From Chrysomallon squamiferum (taxonomy: Eukaryota > Animalia > Mollusca), in NCBI GenBank assembly GCA_012295275.1, contig CM022667.1, forward strand, positions 8,308,001 to 8,372,000: 64,000 nucleotides of DNA. The letters run 5' to 3'. The stretch's first letter is position 1. Each line of letters opens with the position of its first letter. This document shows positions 32,614 through 45,413 of the stretch, piece by piece. Below the pieces are notes generated by a model. That model was not told where the DNA came from. It saw only the letters and a program-made list of their open reading frames with translations, and searched no databases. A program made the translations under genes and the position numbers.

Positions 32614-32621
32614 TGACGTCA
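32614..32621. promoter_or_regulatory. Perfect CRE (TGACGTCA) upstream of candidate splice donors
   Basis: Palindromic CRE followed by CAG/GTCAGT (32655) and TCA/GTAAGT (32704). Confidence 0.35.
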
Positions 32622-34067
32622 CTGACAACAGACACACAGTTGCGGTTCGGGCAGGTCAGTTGTTTTACTAGAAATTTAATCTTTGAAATCAGAAATAATC
32701 TCAGTAAGTTAGACAGATGTATTATAATTAATAATTGTAGTAAAAATGTAACTGAAACTTAATAATTTTGTCAGGACGTTTACTGTATAGTAACTTTTAA
32801 AATTATTCTTCAAGCATATTTCACGAAACGCTTCTAATGAAGTAATATAGAAAGAGCACGTGTCTGTGTGCGTTTGTGTGTGTGTGTGAGCGCGTGATAA
32901 AGAGGATGGGTATACTTTTGTATGAGAGTTTATATATATATATATATATATGAGTATATTTTTGTATGTAGGAATATGTATATATGGATATATTTTTCTC
33001 TGTAGGTATATGTATATCTGGGAATATGTGTATATGGTTATGTTTTTATGTGGGTATCGGTGTGTATGGGTATATTTCTATTTTGTGGATATATGTTATA
33101 TGGGTATATGTTTATAAGGGTATATGTTATATGGGCATATGTGTATGAGGGTATATGCTATATATGTATATGTGCATATGAGGGTATATATTACATGTGT
33201 ATATGTGTGTATGAGGGTATTATAAATATGTATATGGTGTATGTTTTATTTTCTTATTTATTTTCTTATCTTTGTTTATTTCTTTTCTTTTACTGTACTT
33301 TTCTTTATTTGTTGACTTGTTTGTTAGTTGTTGGTTGGTTTTATTATTAATTAATTAATTATTTATTTATTCATTTATGTCATATTATCTTATCTTATAT
33401 TATTATATATTATATTGTATTGTATTATGTTGTATTGTATTATAGTATAGTATTTATTGAATAGTTATATTAAAAGGGTAAGGGATTATATGTCAGAAAG
33501 AAAGAATATTGGTATATGTATTATTTTCTTGTTTATTTAATTTTTCATGTATTTGTTTATGTATTTGTTTTTATTTTTATGTTGTTTGATTATATTTCAA
33601 TTATTTATTTATTTACTTGTTTCTGTTTTTTTACTTATTTATTTATTTATTAACGTTTTAATTATTTGTTTGCTTATTCGCTAATTTCTCTGCCTGTATA
33701 TTTAATTTTTAAAATTTTATTTCAATAATAGCTTTGTTAATGTGTTGAGTGTTATAGTTTATTAAAAGAGGGAGGGATTATGTGTAAGCTGAAATTTTGA
33801 TTTATTTAATTACTAACTACGTTTTCTTTTAACGTGATCATTACAGTTTTACTTAGTTATAGACATTCAGTGTTTAGTTAATTTATTTGTATATTTCTTT
33901 AGTTAATTATTTCTTTCTTTCTTTCTTTCTTTAGTTAGTTAGTTAGATAGTTACTTGTTCATTTATTTATTGATTTACTTATACAAAATTTGTATCAGCA
34001 AAATATTCCTTAGTGTGTGTTTATTGTTAGTTTTATTAAAAGTAAAAGGGTAAGTGTGTCTGTGTGT

Positions 34068-34102
34068 CTGTGCGTTTGTGTGTGTGTGTGTGAGAGAGAG
34101 AC

Positions 34103-34188
<86 letters not shown>
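34068..34188. repeat. (TG)n-(GA)n compound microsatellite
   Basis: Directly visible; similar tracts at 37375-37470, 53616-53700 and 58729-59030. Confidence 0.9.
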
Positions 34189-34191
<3 letters not shown>

Positions 34192-35283
34192 ATATAGGTA
34201 TATAAAAGAAAAGGTGGTTTATTTTTTTATGCAGTATATTTTTATTTATGTGTATATTTGTATATATTGGTAAAGGTGTATATTTTTATATGTGGGTATA
34301 TTTTTTTTATGCTAGTACATTAATGTATTCAGTAGATGTGTTTGTTAGTTCTAATTATATATATGTCGGTATGACTGTGTGTGGATATAAATGTATATGA
34401 ATTTATTTATTTATTTATTTATTAACAGGTTTAATTATTTTTGTCTACTTATTCGCTCATTAGCATCTCAAATATTTGTTTATTTAGTTACTTTTTTATT
34501 TCAGCTATAGTTTTGTTTTAATGTGTTGATTGTTTTAGTTTTATTAAAAGAGAGGGATTATATGTAAGAAAGGAAGAGGATGAGCGTGTGTGTGTGTGCG
34601 TGCGTGTGTGTGTGTTTGTGCGTGCGTGTGTGTTTGTGTGTGTGTGTGTGTGAGTGTGTGCGTGTGTGAGTCTGTGCGTGCGTATGTGTGTGTGTGTTTT
34701 TCAAAATTGGCATCAAGGATTCTTTTATCAGACTTCACATACATGTTAATTTATCTATATACTCCGATCTGTTTTATTTTGGTGAAGCATCTAAATCTGC
34801 GCCCAAATTATTTTAGTATTTTTATATTTAGATCGACGCTTCTAAATCAATTCATAGTATGCGACACAAGAAATGTATTTAGATTATACGTCTGTGGATA
34901 AATACATAAATATATTTTTGTAATTGCTGAATAGAAACGTAATGTTTTAAATATATATTTAATAATATTTTAGCTTGTTAAGTAGCTTGCGCGTTACTAA
35001 ATAAATGAATATGATTTTCTTTTAATTTTGTGACCAGCGTTGAAATAAGAAATAAGAAATTTATTAAGACGTTCATAATTGTTTAAAAAGTAAGAAGATC
35101 ATTATTTAATTATTTTATTTTTTATTTCTTTATAAAAAGAAATGAACGTAATGTTAATTACGAAGAAAATGATTAGTATTAAGGAATCAGATTTCATGAT
35201 TAATAGAAAAATAAATAAATAAATGAATAAATAAAAATATTATGTTATTACAGTTACTTGAAAATTCTTAGAAAAATAAAATC

Positions 35284-35324
<41 letters not shown>

Positions 35325-35798
35325 AATAAATAGTATGAAATTAAAGAAAAAAGATATTAGGTTGTAAAACAAATAAATAAATAAATAAAAACAAAATAAA
35401 AATAGATAGATAGATAGATAAATATTTTTTGATCATTTCACTGTGTCATATACTTTAAACAACATTTTTTTAGGCATCATTCCTCACCAAGTCAAGTTTT
35501 TAGAAATATTTCATAATTAATTTAAATAATTAAATTTGTTTTGTGTACCTAAAATGCAGTGACAGTGAGTCACGTGGTGAGTGATGACACCCCCACCTCA
35601 GTGTGGCTAATACGGGAACTCACACTTGAAAGTGAGTTACTGGGGGACTGTTCACCTTAGGTACAGAACACATGAACTTATTTAGATAATTATATACAAA
35701 TACACAAAACTTTATTTTCATTCAGGAAAATCAGTAATTTAGAGGAAGAAAGTTACTCAGGCCTGGATAGTTTGCTCTCTCCGTCTGCTCCTTAGGAT

Positions 35799-35830
<32 letters not shown>

Positions 35831-36691
35831 CTTGTTTCCATTTATCAAAATACAGAGGACAGTTAGTACACTGGTGTGAAGATACTGAGGAAAATAATAA
35901 TCATATATATAAAATATATATATATTGTTATCCAGGTCTGAATCTTTCACTCTAATTCTATAACTTGAAGCGTGGAGAAGTAATACTCGCCAAATGTTAG
36001 ATTCTCCAGACATGTTCGTGGGTAGGAACCAGTTGTCGTTCCCCTGGGTGTACCAGTATTCCAGGGGAAGAAATATTCGGGGGAACAAATACGCTTTTCA
36101 TAACCGGAATCCTGCAAGTTGAGCTGAGATCGCCATGCAAAGAATATTACAATATTTGTATCGCAAAACAGTCCGGGTCCATATCAGTTCTGTCGTTACA
36201 GATTAACACTATACTTGCATACAGATCTGCAAAATAAATATTTCTATCCTTTAAGCCTGCCATCTAAGTTAAATAGTCACTGATTCATAATCTTCATTCT
36301 TTTCATATGAACCTTAATTTATATAAAATAGCAACACATTCAAATGTCCAGAAGCCGTCAAATCGTTTCTCCTGTACCTACGTTTGAAAGTTTTCACGTG
36401 GGTGCGTGCCTTCGCTACCCTAGCAAATTCTTCCTCAGCATCACCACCCGCCATCTAACTCACACTCGTTGAGGCGGCTCTGTAACGAGCTTACATTAAC
36501 AGACTCAATTTAATACATGTACAAACTTCATTTCATTGCAGCATTTCAGTTTGGCAGACGATCCACTTTTGGAATCAGCTGGTTGTTTAAGATGCTATTT
36601 AGTCACTGATCGTACTTTTGTAACTTGTAACCGTTTCCCATTCTTTTTTTGTACTAAATATAATTTTATATTATTTTGTAAATATTTTTAT

Positions 36692-36729
<38 letters not shown>

Positions 36730-37371
36730 TTTGGCAGCGATATGCTAGAGAGTGTAAATCGATTACGTGAAGCTTCTTCTTGTGCTGCTACGTCACTGAC
36801 TTGAAGTGATGACGTTTTTAGTGTGAAGAAAAAAAAAAGACGACTGCAAATTGGTATTAGATTTAAAAATAAAATGATAATAATAAAATTAAAAGATCAA
36901 TAAATAAATAAACAAGAATAGGAATAATTATAAAAAAAATATTATTTTCAACAAGAAATATTTCCCCCATTAAGAAAGCGGTGCCTCGTTTGAAAGTTTA
37001 AAATTTAGTTCCTATTTCAGATTCGACGAATTAGACGAATTTGTAATTGTAGGGAAGTTGAATTTCTTAAAAAAGGTAAGCCTTGCTTTTGTTATAAAAT
37101 AAAAATTAATCATGTTTACAAACATAAGATGAGATGATAACAAATGATCCTTCTATTATTGTTTATTTTTATTCATATATATATTATTTTTAACTTGGTA
37201 AACTTAATTTAAGTAAACTTTAAAAATAGGTTTTTACGTTTATATACTTACAAGGTGATAGTAATCAACGACGCAATTGTAGTTCATGTTAAATTAACTC
37301 ACTATTCAGTGATACGTACATTATATTATTAACATTTAACATGCTGATAATATTTAATTTGTTAAGTAACC

Positions 37372-37474
<103 letters not shown>

Positions 37475-37607
37475 ATAAAAGTAAACCTCTATTGTTTTCC
37501 TCCAGAAACTTCATTTACATAAACGGAAGAGCTGTTTAACTCAGTAACTCAGTAATATATAAGACTGCATAAAATAGACTTTACAAAACTTATACAGAAT
37601 AAATAAA

Positions 37608-39724
37608 ATGGCTGAGGATTTACTTGACAAAACAAGACGACAAAGTTATTTGATTGAAATCAAAGACAGTTATTCTGATACGTCAGAGCATGGTGAGCTA
37701 AATCCAAAACGCAGAAGAAATTCAAACGCATCTGAAGAGGGTGTCCCACCTCCTCCTCTTCCTGAAGACGTCCAACCTCCTCCTGAGCCTGAAGAGGTTC
37801 AACCTACTCTGCACCTGAAGACGACCAACCTCCTGCACCTGAAGAGGTCCAACCTACTCCTGCACCTGAAGAAGTTCAACCTACTCCTGCACCTGAAGAC
37901 GACCAACCTCCTGCACCTGAAGAGGTCCAACCTACTCCTGCACCTGAAGAAGTTCAACCTCCAGAACCTGAAGAGGTCCAACCTACTCTTGCACCTGAAG
38001 AGGTTCAACCTACTCCTGCACCTGAAGAAGTTCAACCTCCAGAACCTGAAGAGGTCCAACCTACTCTTGCACCTGAAGAGGTTCAACCTACTCCTGCACT
38101 TGAAGAGGTTCAACCTACTCCTGCACCTGAAGAGGTTCAACCTACTCCTGCACCTGAAGAGGTCCAACCTCCTCCTGCACCTGAAGATGTTCAACCTACT
38201 CCTGCACCTGAAGAGGTCCAACCTACTCCTGCGCCTGAAGAGGTTCAACCTCCTCCTGAACCTGAAGAGATCCAACCTACTCCTGCACCTGAAGATGTTC
38301 AACCTGCTCCTGCACCTGAAGAGGTTCAACCTCCTCCTGCACCTGAAGAGGTTGGACCTGCACCTGAACAGATTGAACCTCCTGCACCTGAACAGGTTGA
38401 ACCTCCTGCACCTGAAGAGGTCCAACCTTCTCCTGCACCTGAAGAGGTTCAATCTCCTCTTATACCTGTAGAGCTTCAACCTCTTTCACCTGAAGAGGTT
38501 CGACCTCCTTCACTTGAAGAGGTTCAACCTCCTGAACCTGAACAGGTTCGACCTCCTTCACCTGAAGCGGCTGAATTTCCTCCTGCACCTGAAGAAATCC
38601 AGTCTGCTCCTACTCCTGAAGAGGTCCAACCTTCTGCACCTGAAAAGGTTCGACCTCCTTCACCTGAAGAGGTTCAACCTCCTCCTGCCCCTGAAGAGGT
38701 TCAACCTCCTCCTGCACCTGAAGTGATCCAGCCTGCTCCTGCTCCTGCTCCTGCACCTGAAGATGTCCATCCTCCTTCAACTAAAGATATTGTAAAATCT
38801 TCTGTTAGAGATGAGGAGAATACATTGTCTCCAAAACATGAACAAGTAAGAAAGGAGAAAGGTAAAAGTTATGGAGATGAGTCACCAAAGATGGCAAAAC
38901 ACAAAGGTGAAATGATTCCTTCATCTGAGCCAGAAGATGCATCTGTGACAGCTAAAAAAAAACTTTTTGAAGACAAAGCAAGAAGAGACAGTCTTGGTGA
39001 TTATGAAACTCCTATACACCTCTTGCGTAAAGTGCAGAAAGCCCACATTGACAAGGAAGAGCTGAAGAAAGCCAAAGAAGCAGAAGTGTCCCAGCAGCTG
39101 TCAGAGTTAGAGGTTGGTGGTAACACAGACAAAGTTAATATTTAATACAGACAGTTCTTTGTTGTAACAGTAAGCAGACAGAGTTACAGGTTGGTGGTAA
39201 CACAGACAAAGTTAATATTTAATACAGACAGTACTTTGTTGTAACAGTAAGCAGACAGAGTTACAGGTTGGTGGTAACACAGACAAAGTTAATATTTATT
39301 TCAGACAGTACTTTGTTGTAACAGTAAGCAGGCTTGTTGATGCAGTTTTTACATCTGAATCATCAAAGCATATACAATAATGATAATATTATTGTTATTC
39401 TTAATGTTATTCTTACCTTTCTTTTTATTATTGTGATACTGTTATTACAGTCATAGTGTTGCTGGTAGTATGTATCTGTTATTACTGGTACTATTATTAT
39501 TTTTACTATAACTATTACTATTATTACACTATTATTATCATGATGATGATGATGATCATCATCATCATCATCATTGTTTGATTATTATTACTACTACAAC
39601 TATAATATTTATTAATATATTACTAATTCTTATTGTTGTTGTTATGATTATTATGATTATTATTATTATTATTATTATTATGATTATTATTATTATTATG
39701 ATTATGATTATGATGATGATGATG

Positions 39725-39763
<39 letters not shown>

Positions 39764-40484
39764 GTTATTAATTTCAGCTTGAACTAGAAACTTTGAAAGC
39801 CACGCTTGTTTCTGATGAGAACCGACTGTTCAAGGAAACTGCATGGGGAAAGGAGGCCATCATAGAAATCTCAAAGCTTCAGGACATGAAGTCTTACTTG
39901 GAGAGGCAGATGACTGCAGGAGGGGATGGTGTATTTCTACAGCAAGCGGTAGTCCATCTCGTTTCATTTGTTCTGTTGTTTTGTATCTCAGTACTCAAAC
40001 ATGTTAACTGTTGTTTGTTTTCAGACATGTTGATATCTGTTTGACCATACTGAGTAAATTGCTCACATTGTACTGAACACATCTTATTATTATAGACAGA
40101 AACACACATACGAAATTATTTTGAAAATAATTTCAGACAGGGACATGTGTCAGATCAGGAAAATAGTCTGAATGAGTGGATGAGGAGAGTTGATCCTGAG
40201 AACCAACATGTCTGAAGTGAATGTTGTAGTCGTTAGTCACCATCAGGTTTACTTTTAGTCTTGGTGTAACACATATTTAGTTAAACAGAGAATTTAGTTT
40301 GCTTTATTATTGTCCTGATCTGTACGTGATATGTATATATATATATGTATGTATTTTATGTAGATGAATGTGTGTGTGTGTAAATTGTATGTATGTGTGT
40401 ATGTTGTGTGTGCTTAAAACAATATAGTAAAGATTTGTATGGTTGTCATTATTTTTTCCAAGGTGACTCAAATGTCAATGGTGT

Positions 40485-40537
<53 letters not shown>

Positions 40538-43500
40538 ATTAAAAATATATAGTAAAGATTTGTGTGGTTGTTGTTGCTGTCAGGTGACTCACATGAAGAT
40601 TGTCCTGGAAGAGAAGGAAGAGGAAATTTTGGAGACAACGATGTTGTACCAGCAGACAGAGTCTGAGCTGCAGCACTGTGAACAGCAGCTACATTTCAAC
40701 ACTGAACAAATGACCAACTTGAAGGAAAAGGTAGTTTGTAAATCACATTTCTATCTCAGACCAGGTTAAAAATTAGCTTCAGCAGACTTACAAATTAATA
40801 TCAGCAGATTTACAAATTAAGATCAGCTGATTTACAAATTAAGATCAGTTGATTTACAAATTAAGATCAGTTGATTTACAAATTAAATCATCAGACATTC
40901 AGTTTAGGATGAACAGATTTAAAGATTAGACTGTCAGGTTAACACCAGCAAACACACGTTTGTGTCAAATGATACTACAAAACAAGGCTTACATCTACAG
41001 CAGGTATGAGCTTACATACATTTGATTCCTTCAAACATAAGTTTCCTATAATAACATGCGCACACTTCAATGTGGGCACTGGCAAAACCTGCAACCCATA
41101 CTACCAGACGAATGTATTCACTAACTTATTTATATATAATTATTATATTCACTTAGCCGGACAGCAGGCATGTGTCAGTCAGTTCACATTGGAAAAATAG
41201 CTCTCCTACTTTGTTCAGAACATGATATATGCATGCAGAAGTAATCATGGACATAACAAATTAATTTCCATGAAGTGTTATATATATTTGTTTGTTTTGT
41301 TTTTTCCTGTACTATGACAGGTGGCAGTTATTAAGGAACACTTTGAAAGCTGCGTTGAAGAATATGAAAAGAAAAAGGAAGAGGAAACAGAACTTAAGGG
41401 TGAACTTCAGAGAATGACTTCCCAGCTAAGCCATAAGGAACAAGTCAAAGACAGTCTGCAGAAAAATGTGGAGCAGCTGCAGAACACCTTAGAACAGCTC
41501 AACAAGAGAAAAATGAAAGCAGAGGAAGAGACTGAAAACATACAGAAGAGGGTAAGTTTGATGACATTGATAATATTTTATTTAACTCTACAAGTGTTCC
41601 ATGCTTTGTGTGCACCAGTCAGAACAGTTTTTCAGGAATTTTGTGGTCATTTATATAAAAAAAAAGTGCTTGTTTCACTGATATTCTCCACTGAATTAAT
41701 TAGTGAAATCATAAGTTTACTTTTTTTTTAGAATTTTATATTTAAGGCAGTCATTTAGTGGTAACAAATTGGCTCATGATGCTTGCAGGGTTAAAGTTAG
41801 GACCATCTTTGAAAACAGAGGAAAGGCTACAATCTCTTTGTCTACTGAATGTTTTCATTTGAAAAAAAGTCATTTTATTATATAAAACTGTTTGAAAAAC
41901 AATGTGGGATAATTAACTTGTATAATTTATTACTTTTGTAAAAAAAAAGTACATTAAAAACATTAAAAAAACAGCTGAGTGTATAAATTTCTTTTACATA
42001 AAGTCAGCTATAAAAACAAACCTGCCTACTTTGTTGTAATTTTCTTAATACATGATCTCAAAAGATGTTTTTTTTTTCACATCTATCAAAGGTTTTTTTT
42101 TTAATAAAGAAGTATTTGTTACAGACATTTAACAAGTGGATTTCTTGTAAATTGTGAAAATAAATATTCCTCTTTTGTACTGTTAATGATTTTAACAATG
42201 TTCAACCCAGATTATGCACTGAACTGTACAATTTTCTTTTATCACAGTATTATTTGTAAAGATAAATATCTCTCCTGACATACATGTACAGAGCAGAATG
42301 TACTATTTTTTTTTTTTTTTTTTCAACAGAAGGAGACATCAGAACAGAAGCACAGAAAGATTGTTGAGCAGCTGCATGAAAGGACCAACCACCTGGTGTC
42401 ACTGAATGTCCAGCTGGCTCAAGCACAACACGATGAACAGAAAGCTGAAAAAACACACAGAGACATTCAGCGAGAGTTAAAAATTATCAAAGAGGATATC
42501 AAAAAAATGACAGCAGCAATAAATCAGCTGAAAGAAAACACCGAAAAACAAAAATCTCAGGTCAGTTCAGTATACACTTAGTCTTGTTGAAAATTTAAAT
42601 TATTTATTTATTTACTTATTTACTTTGTATATATATATTTATTTATTTACTTACTTATTTATTCACATATATATTAATTAATTTATTTATTTATAATTAA
42701 TGTATTGTTAATAATAAACTTGGTGGGGTTTATTATTCATTTGTTTTACTTGAAATATTAACCACATTTAGTTTCTTCATTTATTTAAAAAGTGTAATTA
42801 TTTTGCTTGGAATAACATGACATTTTGCATTCTATTTGTTTTCATTATTATTTTTATTAATGGGTTTTTTCACATTTTGTTATTTATTATTATTTTTTAA
42901 TTATTGTTTCAAATAAAAAAAAAAAAAATATTAATTCAGAAGACATATTTTGTATTTTCATTTTCTTGTATTAAAATTCTTGCATCGTGACTGTTAATTT
43001 TCAGATTGAGGAAGAAGGTGAGAGAGTAGTAAACATGAAGCAGGAGTTTTCAACAAAATGGCATGAGTTCACGTCTATGAAAAACGAGCACGCTGTCGTG
43101 GTCAACCACATTAACGAAGAAAAAAAAAGTGCAGATGCAGTTAAAGTAAACTGTTTTATTTATTTATTATTTTTCTCTTTTCTTCTTTTCTCTTACAAAT
43201 TTAATTGAACTGGAAGTAATTATTTGCTGCAGTCACAATTATTTTATAATTACATTTCTAACATTCACTCTGTTCAGAAATAAAAATGTCCACCTTTTTG
43301 CAAATATGGAATTGGCCACCAAATTCAGAATAAAAATGGTCACAGGACCAAAATGAAAAAATATATATATAATAATAATAATAAAAATTTAAAGATGCAA
43401 GACAGATAAAGACTACTTGCTGTACATCACATTAGAACTGTCATAGGGTATAAACACTGGATTTGTATATTACAGAACTGTTAACAAACAGAGAAATATC

Positions 43501-43925
43501 AGAAGGCATCCCACCTAGCAAACATATCTGGCTCTAGTGATGGCCATATTCAGAGACTAGCTGTGTAATTTTCACTTGAATAATCTTTTAGCACATTTTT
43601 GATCCACTTTGCTTGTTGTAAACTCTGCCATTTTTATCAAACCCCTGTAGGAAACAGTTGGATTATTTCTCTGGTAATTTGAGTAAAAGTTTCTGTTCGG
43701 TTGACTTTTTAGACAAAGCTTTCAGAACAGGAATCGCTAATAGAAAGAGACATTGTGTCTTTGATTGATGCAAAAAAAGATTTGGATTCTCTCTGGGAAC
43801 AGAAAGTAACCTTGCAGGGCCTGATAGCCACTCTCACCAAAGAGAACTCATTTGTAAAGGAAGGTAGGACAAGATGGACAATAAACTAGAAAATACAGCC
43901 ACCACCTAAAATAATAATAATAGTC

Positions 43926-43974
<49 letters not shown>

Positions 43975-45413
43975 TAATAAAAAGAAGAATAAGAAGAAGT
44001 AGTAGAAGATGAAGTAGAACAACAACTGAAGCAATATTTAGTATCTGATCTACATACACACATTCACTAAACAGATATCCCATTACAAACAGTACCTGAA
44101 ACAGCAATATATGTGAACAAACCAAATCACCTTCAAACACAATTCACTACTTTGTGATCTGTTCACTTGTAGCAATGATGTTATAAATGGTACAGTTATT
44201 TACTACAACCCTATATATTTTATTTTTTAATTATTACATTTTCATTTCCAATGTAGTATTTATTATTATTAAAACATTGTTTATTAAATCGCTGTTTTAC
44301 TGAACCTACACGCACATATATTTTCAGATTATGACAATCTGTGATAGCAGTAGTAGTAGTAGTAGAAGTAGTAGTGGTAGTAACAACAACAATGCATACA
44401 TATTTTCAGATTATGACAATCTGTAATAGCAGTAGTAGTAGTAGTAATAGTAGTGGTAGTAACAACAACAACGCACATGTATTTTCAGACTATGACAATC
44501 TGGGCAAGAAGCTGAAGGAAAAGGATGACGTGATCACGGTCATTGAGGACCTGTGCAACATGAGAGTTGCAAGTATGAAGAATATTGTTGGCGTGCAGCA
44601 GAACAACAGGGATCAGATCAAAAACATCTTTAACACTGACCTAGAGCTGGCTAGGTGAGTAACCACATTACTGTGAACAGTTTTCAACATCCAAAAAAAA
44701 AAAAAATACAAAAAAGTCACAAAAAAATAAATAATAATAAAATAAATAAATAAATAATGATAAATGAAATTATTTTTTCTTTATTTTTGAAAAAGAAAGA
44801 AAAGGCATAAATATTATATTTAAAAAAAAAATCCATTTTCTAATAGAAAAGCACTTGAAAGTATTGACTGACATGCATTTTTCTGAAATCTGTTTTTATT
44901 TTTATTTTATGTTCTAATGTTGTTTATTTTTGGAGATTGTAACAGTTTGATGAAATATGAAGAAAATACAGTTTTTAACAACATTAATGCTTTAAATTAA
45001 CCATCCTGAATGTTACTTTAAAGAATAAAAAAAAGTCAAATTAAATAATGTTTTTAAATACTTAGATATTTTGGGTATATTTCATTAAAACCTTCTAGAG
45101 TTTTGATTGCTTTTATCGAAGGCTGTGGTGTGTTTTTTCCTGCACATGGGAAATACACGTAAAAGATACATCAAATAAACGTGAAAATTATGTTTCCTCT
45201 AACAACTGTACAGTTTGATCACCTTTAAATAAAACAAAACCTTTTAATGTTACATAATTATATCATTTACATTTCAGACAAGAGCTCAAAAATCTCCAAA
45301 ACAGGCTGACAACCAGAGACAGCCAACTACAAATGTACCACAAAGCAATCCAGGAGTTACAAGACATTTTTGTTTTCACTTTTCTCAAATCAGCAAGTCT
45401 GGAGGAATATTGA
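37608..45413 (+). CDS. Unrecognised protein: long Pro/Glu tandem-repeat N-terminus plus extended coiled coil; 9 coding exons after a probable non-coding exon ending at 37075; apparent -1 frameshift at ~37810
   Basis: Coding exons: 37608-39112, 39778-39948, 40584-40730, 41321-41551, 42330-42560, 43005-43145, 43713-43863, 44489-44654, 45278-45413. All are GT-AG and phase-consistent once one C is restored at ~37810. Exons are E/K/Q/L-rich with heptad character. Confidence 0.82.
37736..38770 (+). repeat. Coding minisatellite (21/24/27-bp units) encoding PEEVQPTPA-type repeats
   Basis: Consensus CCTGAAGAGGTTCAACCTACTCCTGCA; unit lengths are multiples of 3. Confidence 0.92.
39104..39330. repeat. 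77-bp x3 tandem repeat spanning the splice donor at 39112/39113
   Basis: Units start at 39104, 39181 and 39258: GAGTTA(G/C)AG/GTTGGTGGTAACACAGAC... Confidence 0.92.
40783..40890. repeat. 22-bp x5 intronic minisatellite (GATTTACAAATTAAGATCAG-TT)
   Basis: Directly visible units starting about 50 nt after the donor at 40731. Confidence 0.85.
44310..44502. repeat. ~80-bp x3 tandem repeat spanning the acceptor at 44488/44489
   Basis: ATTTTCAG/A(T/C)TATGACAATCTG with AG at 44326, 44408 and 44487. Confidence 0.9.

Noticed and set aside
37799-38726. Long ORFs LHLKRFNLL... (+) and RCRSRLNLF... (-) suggesting overlapping genes or LRR proteins
   Set aside because: These are alternative-frame and antisense shadows of a stop-free coding minisatellite; the Pro/Glu frame connects to the downstream exons.
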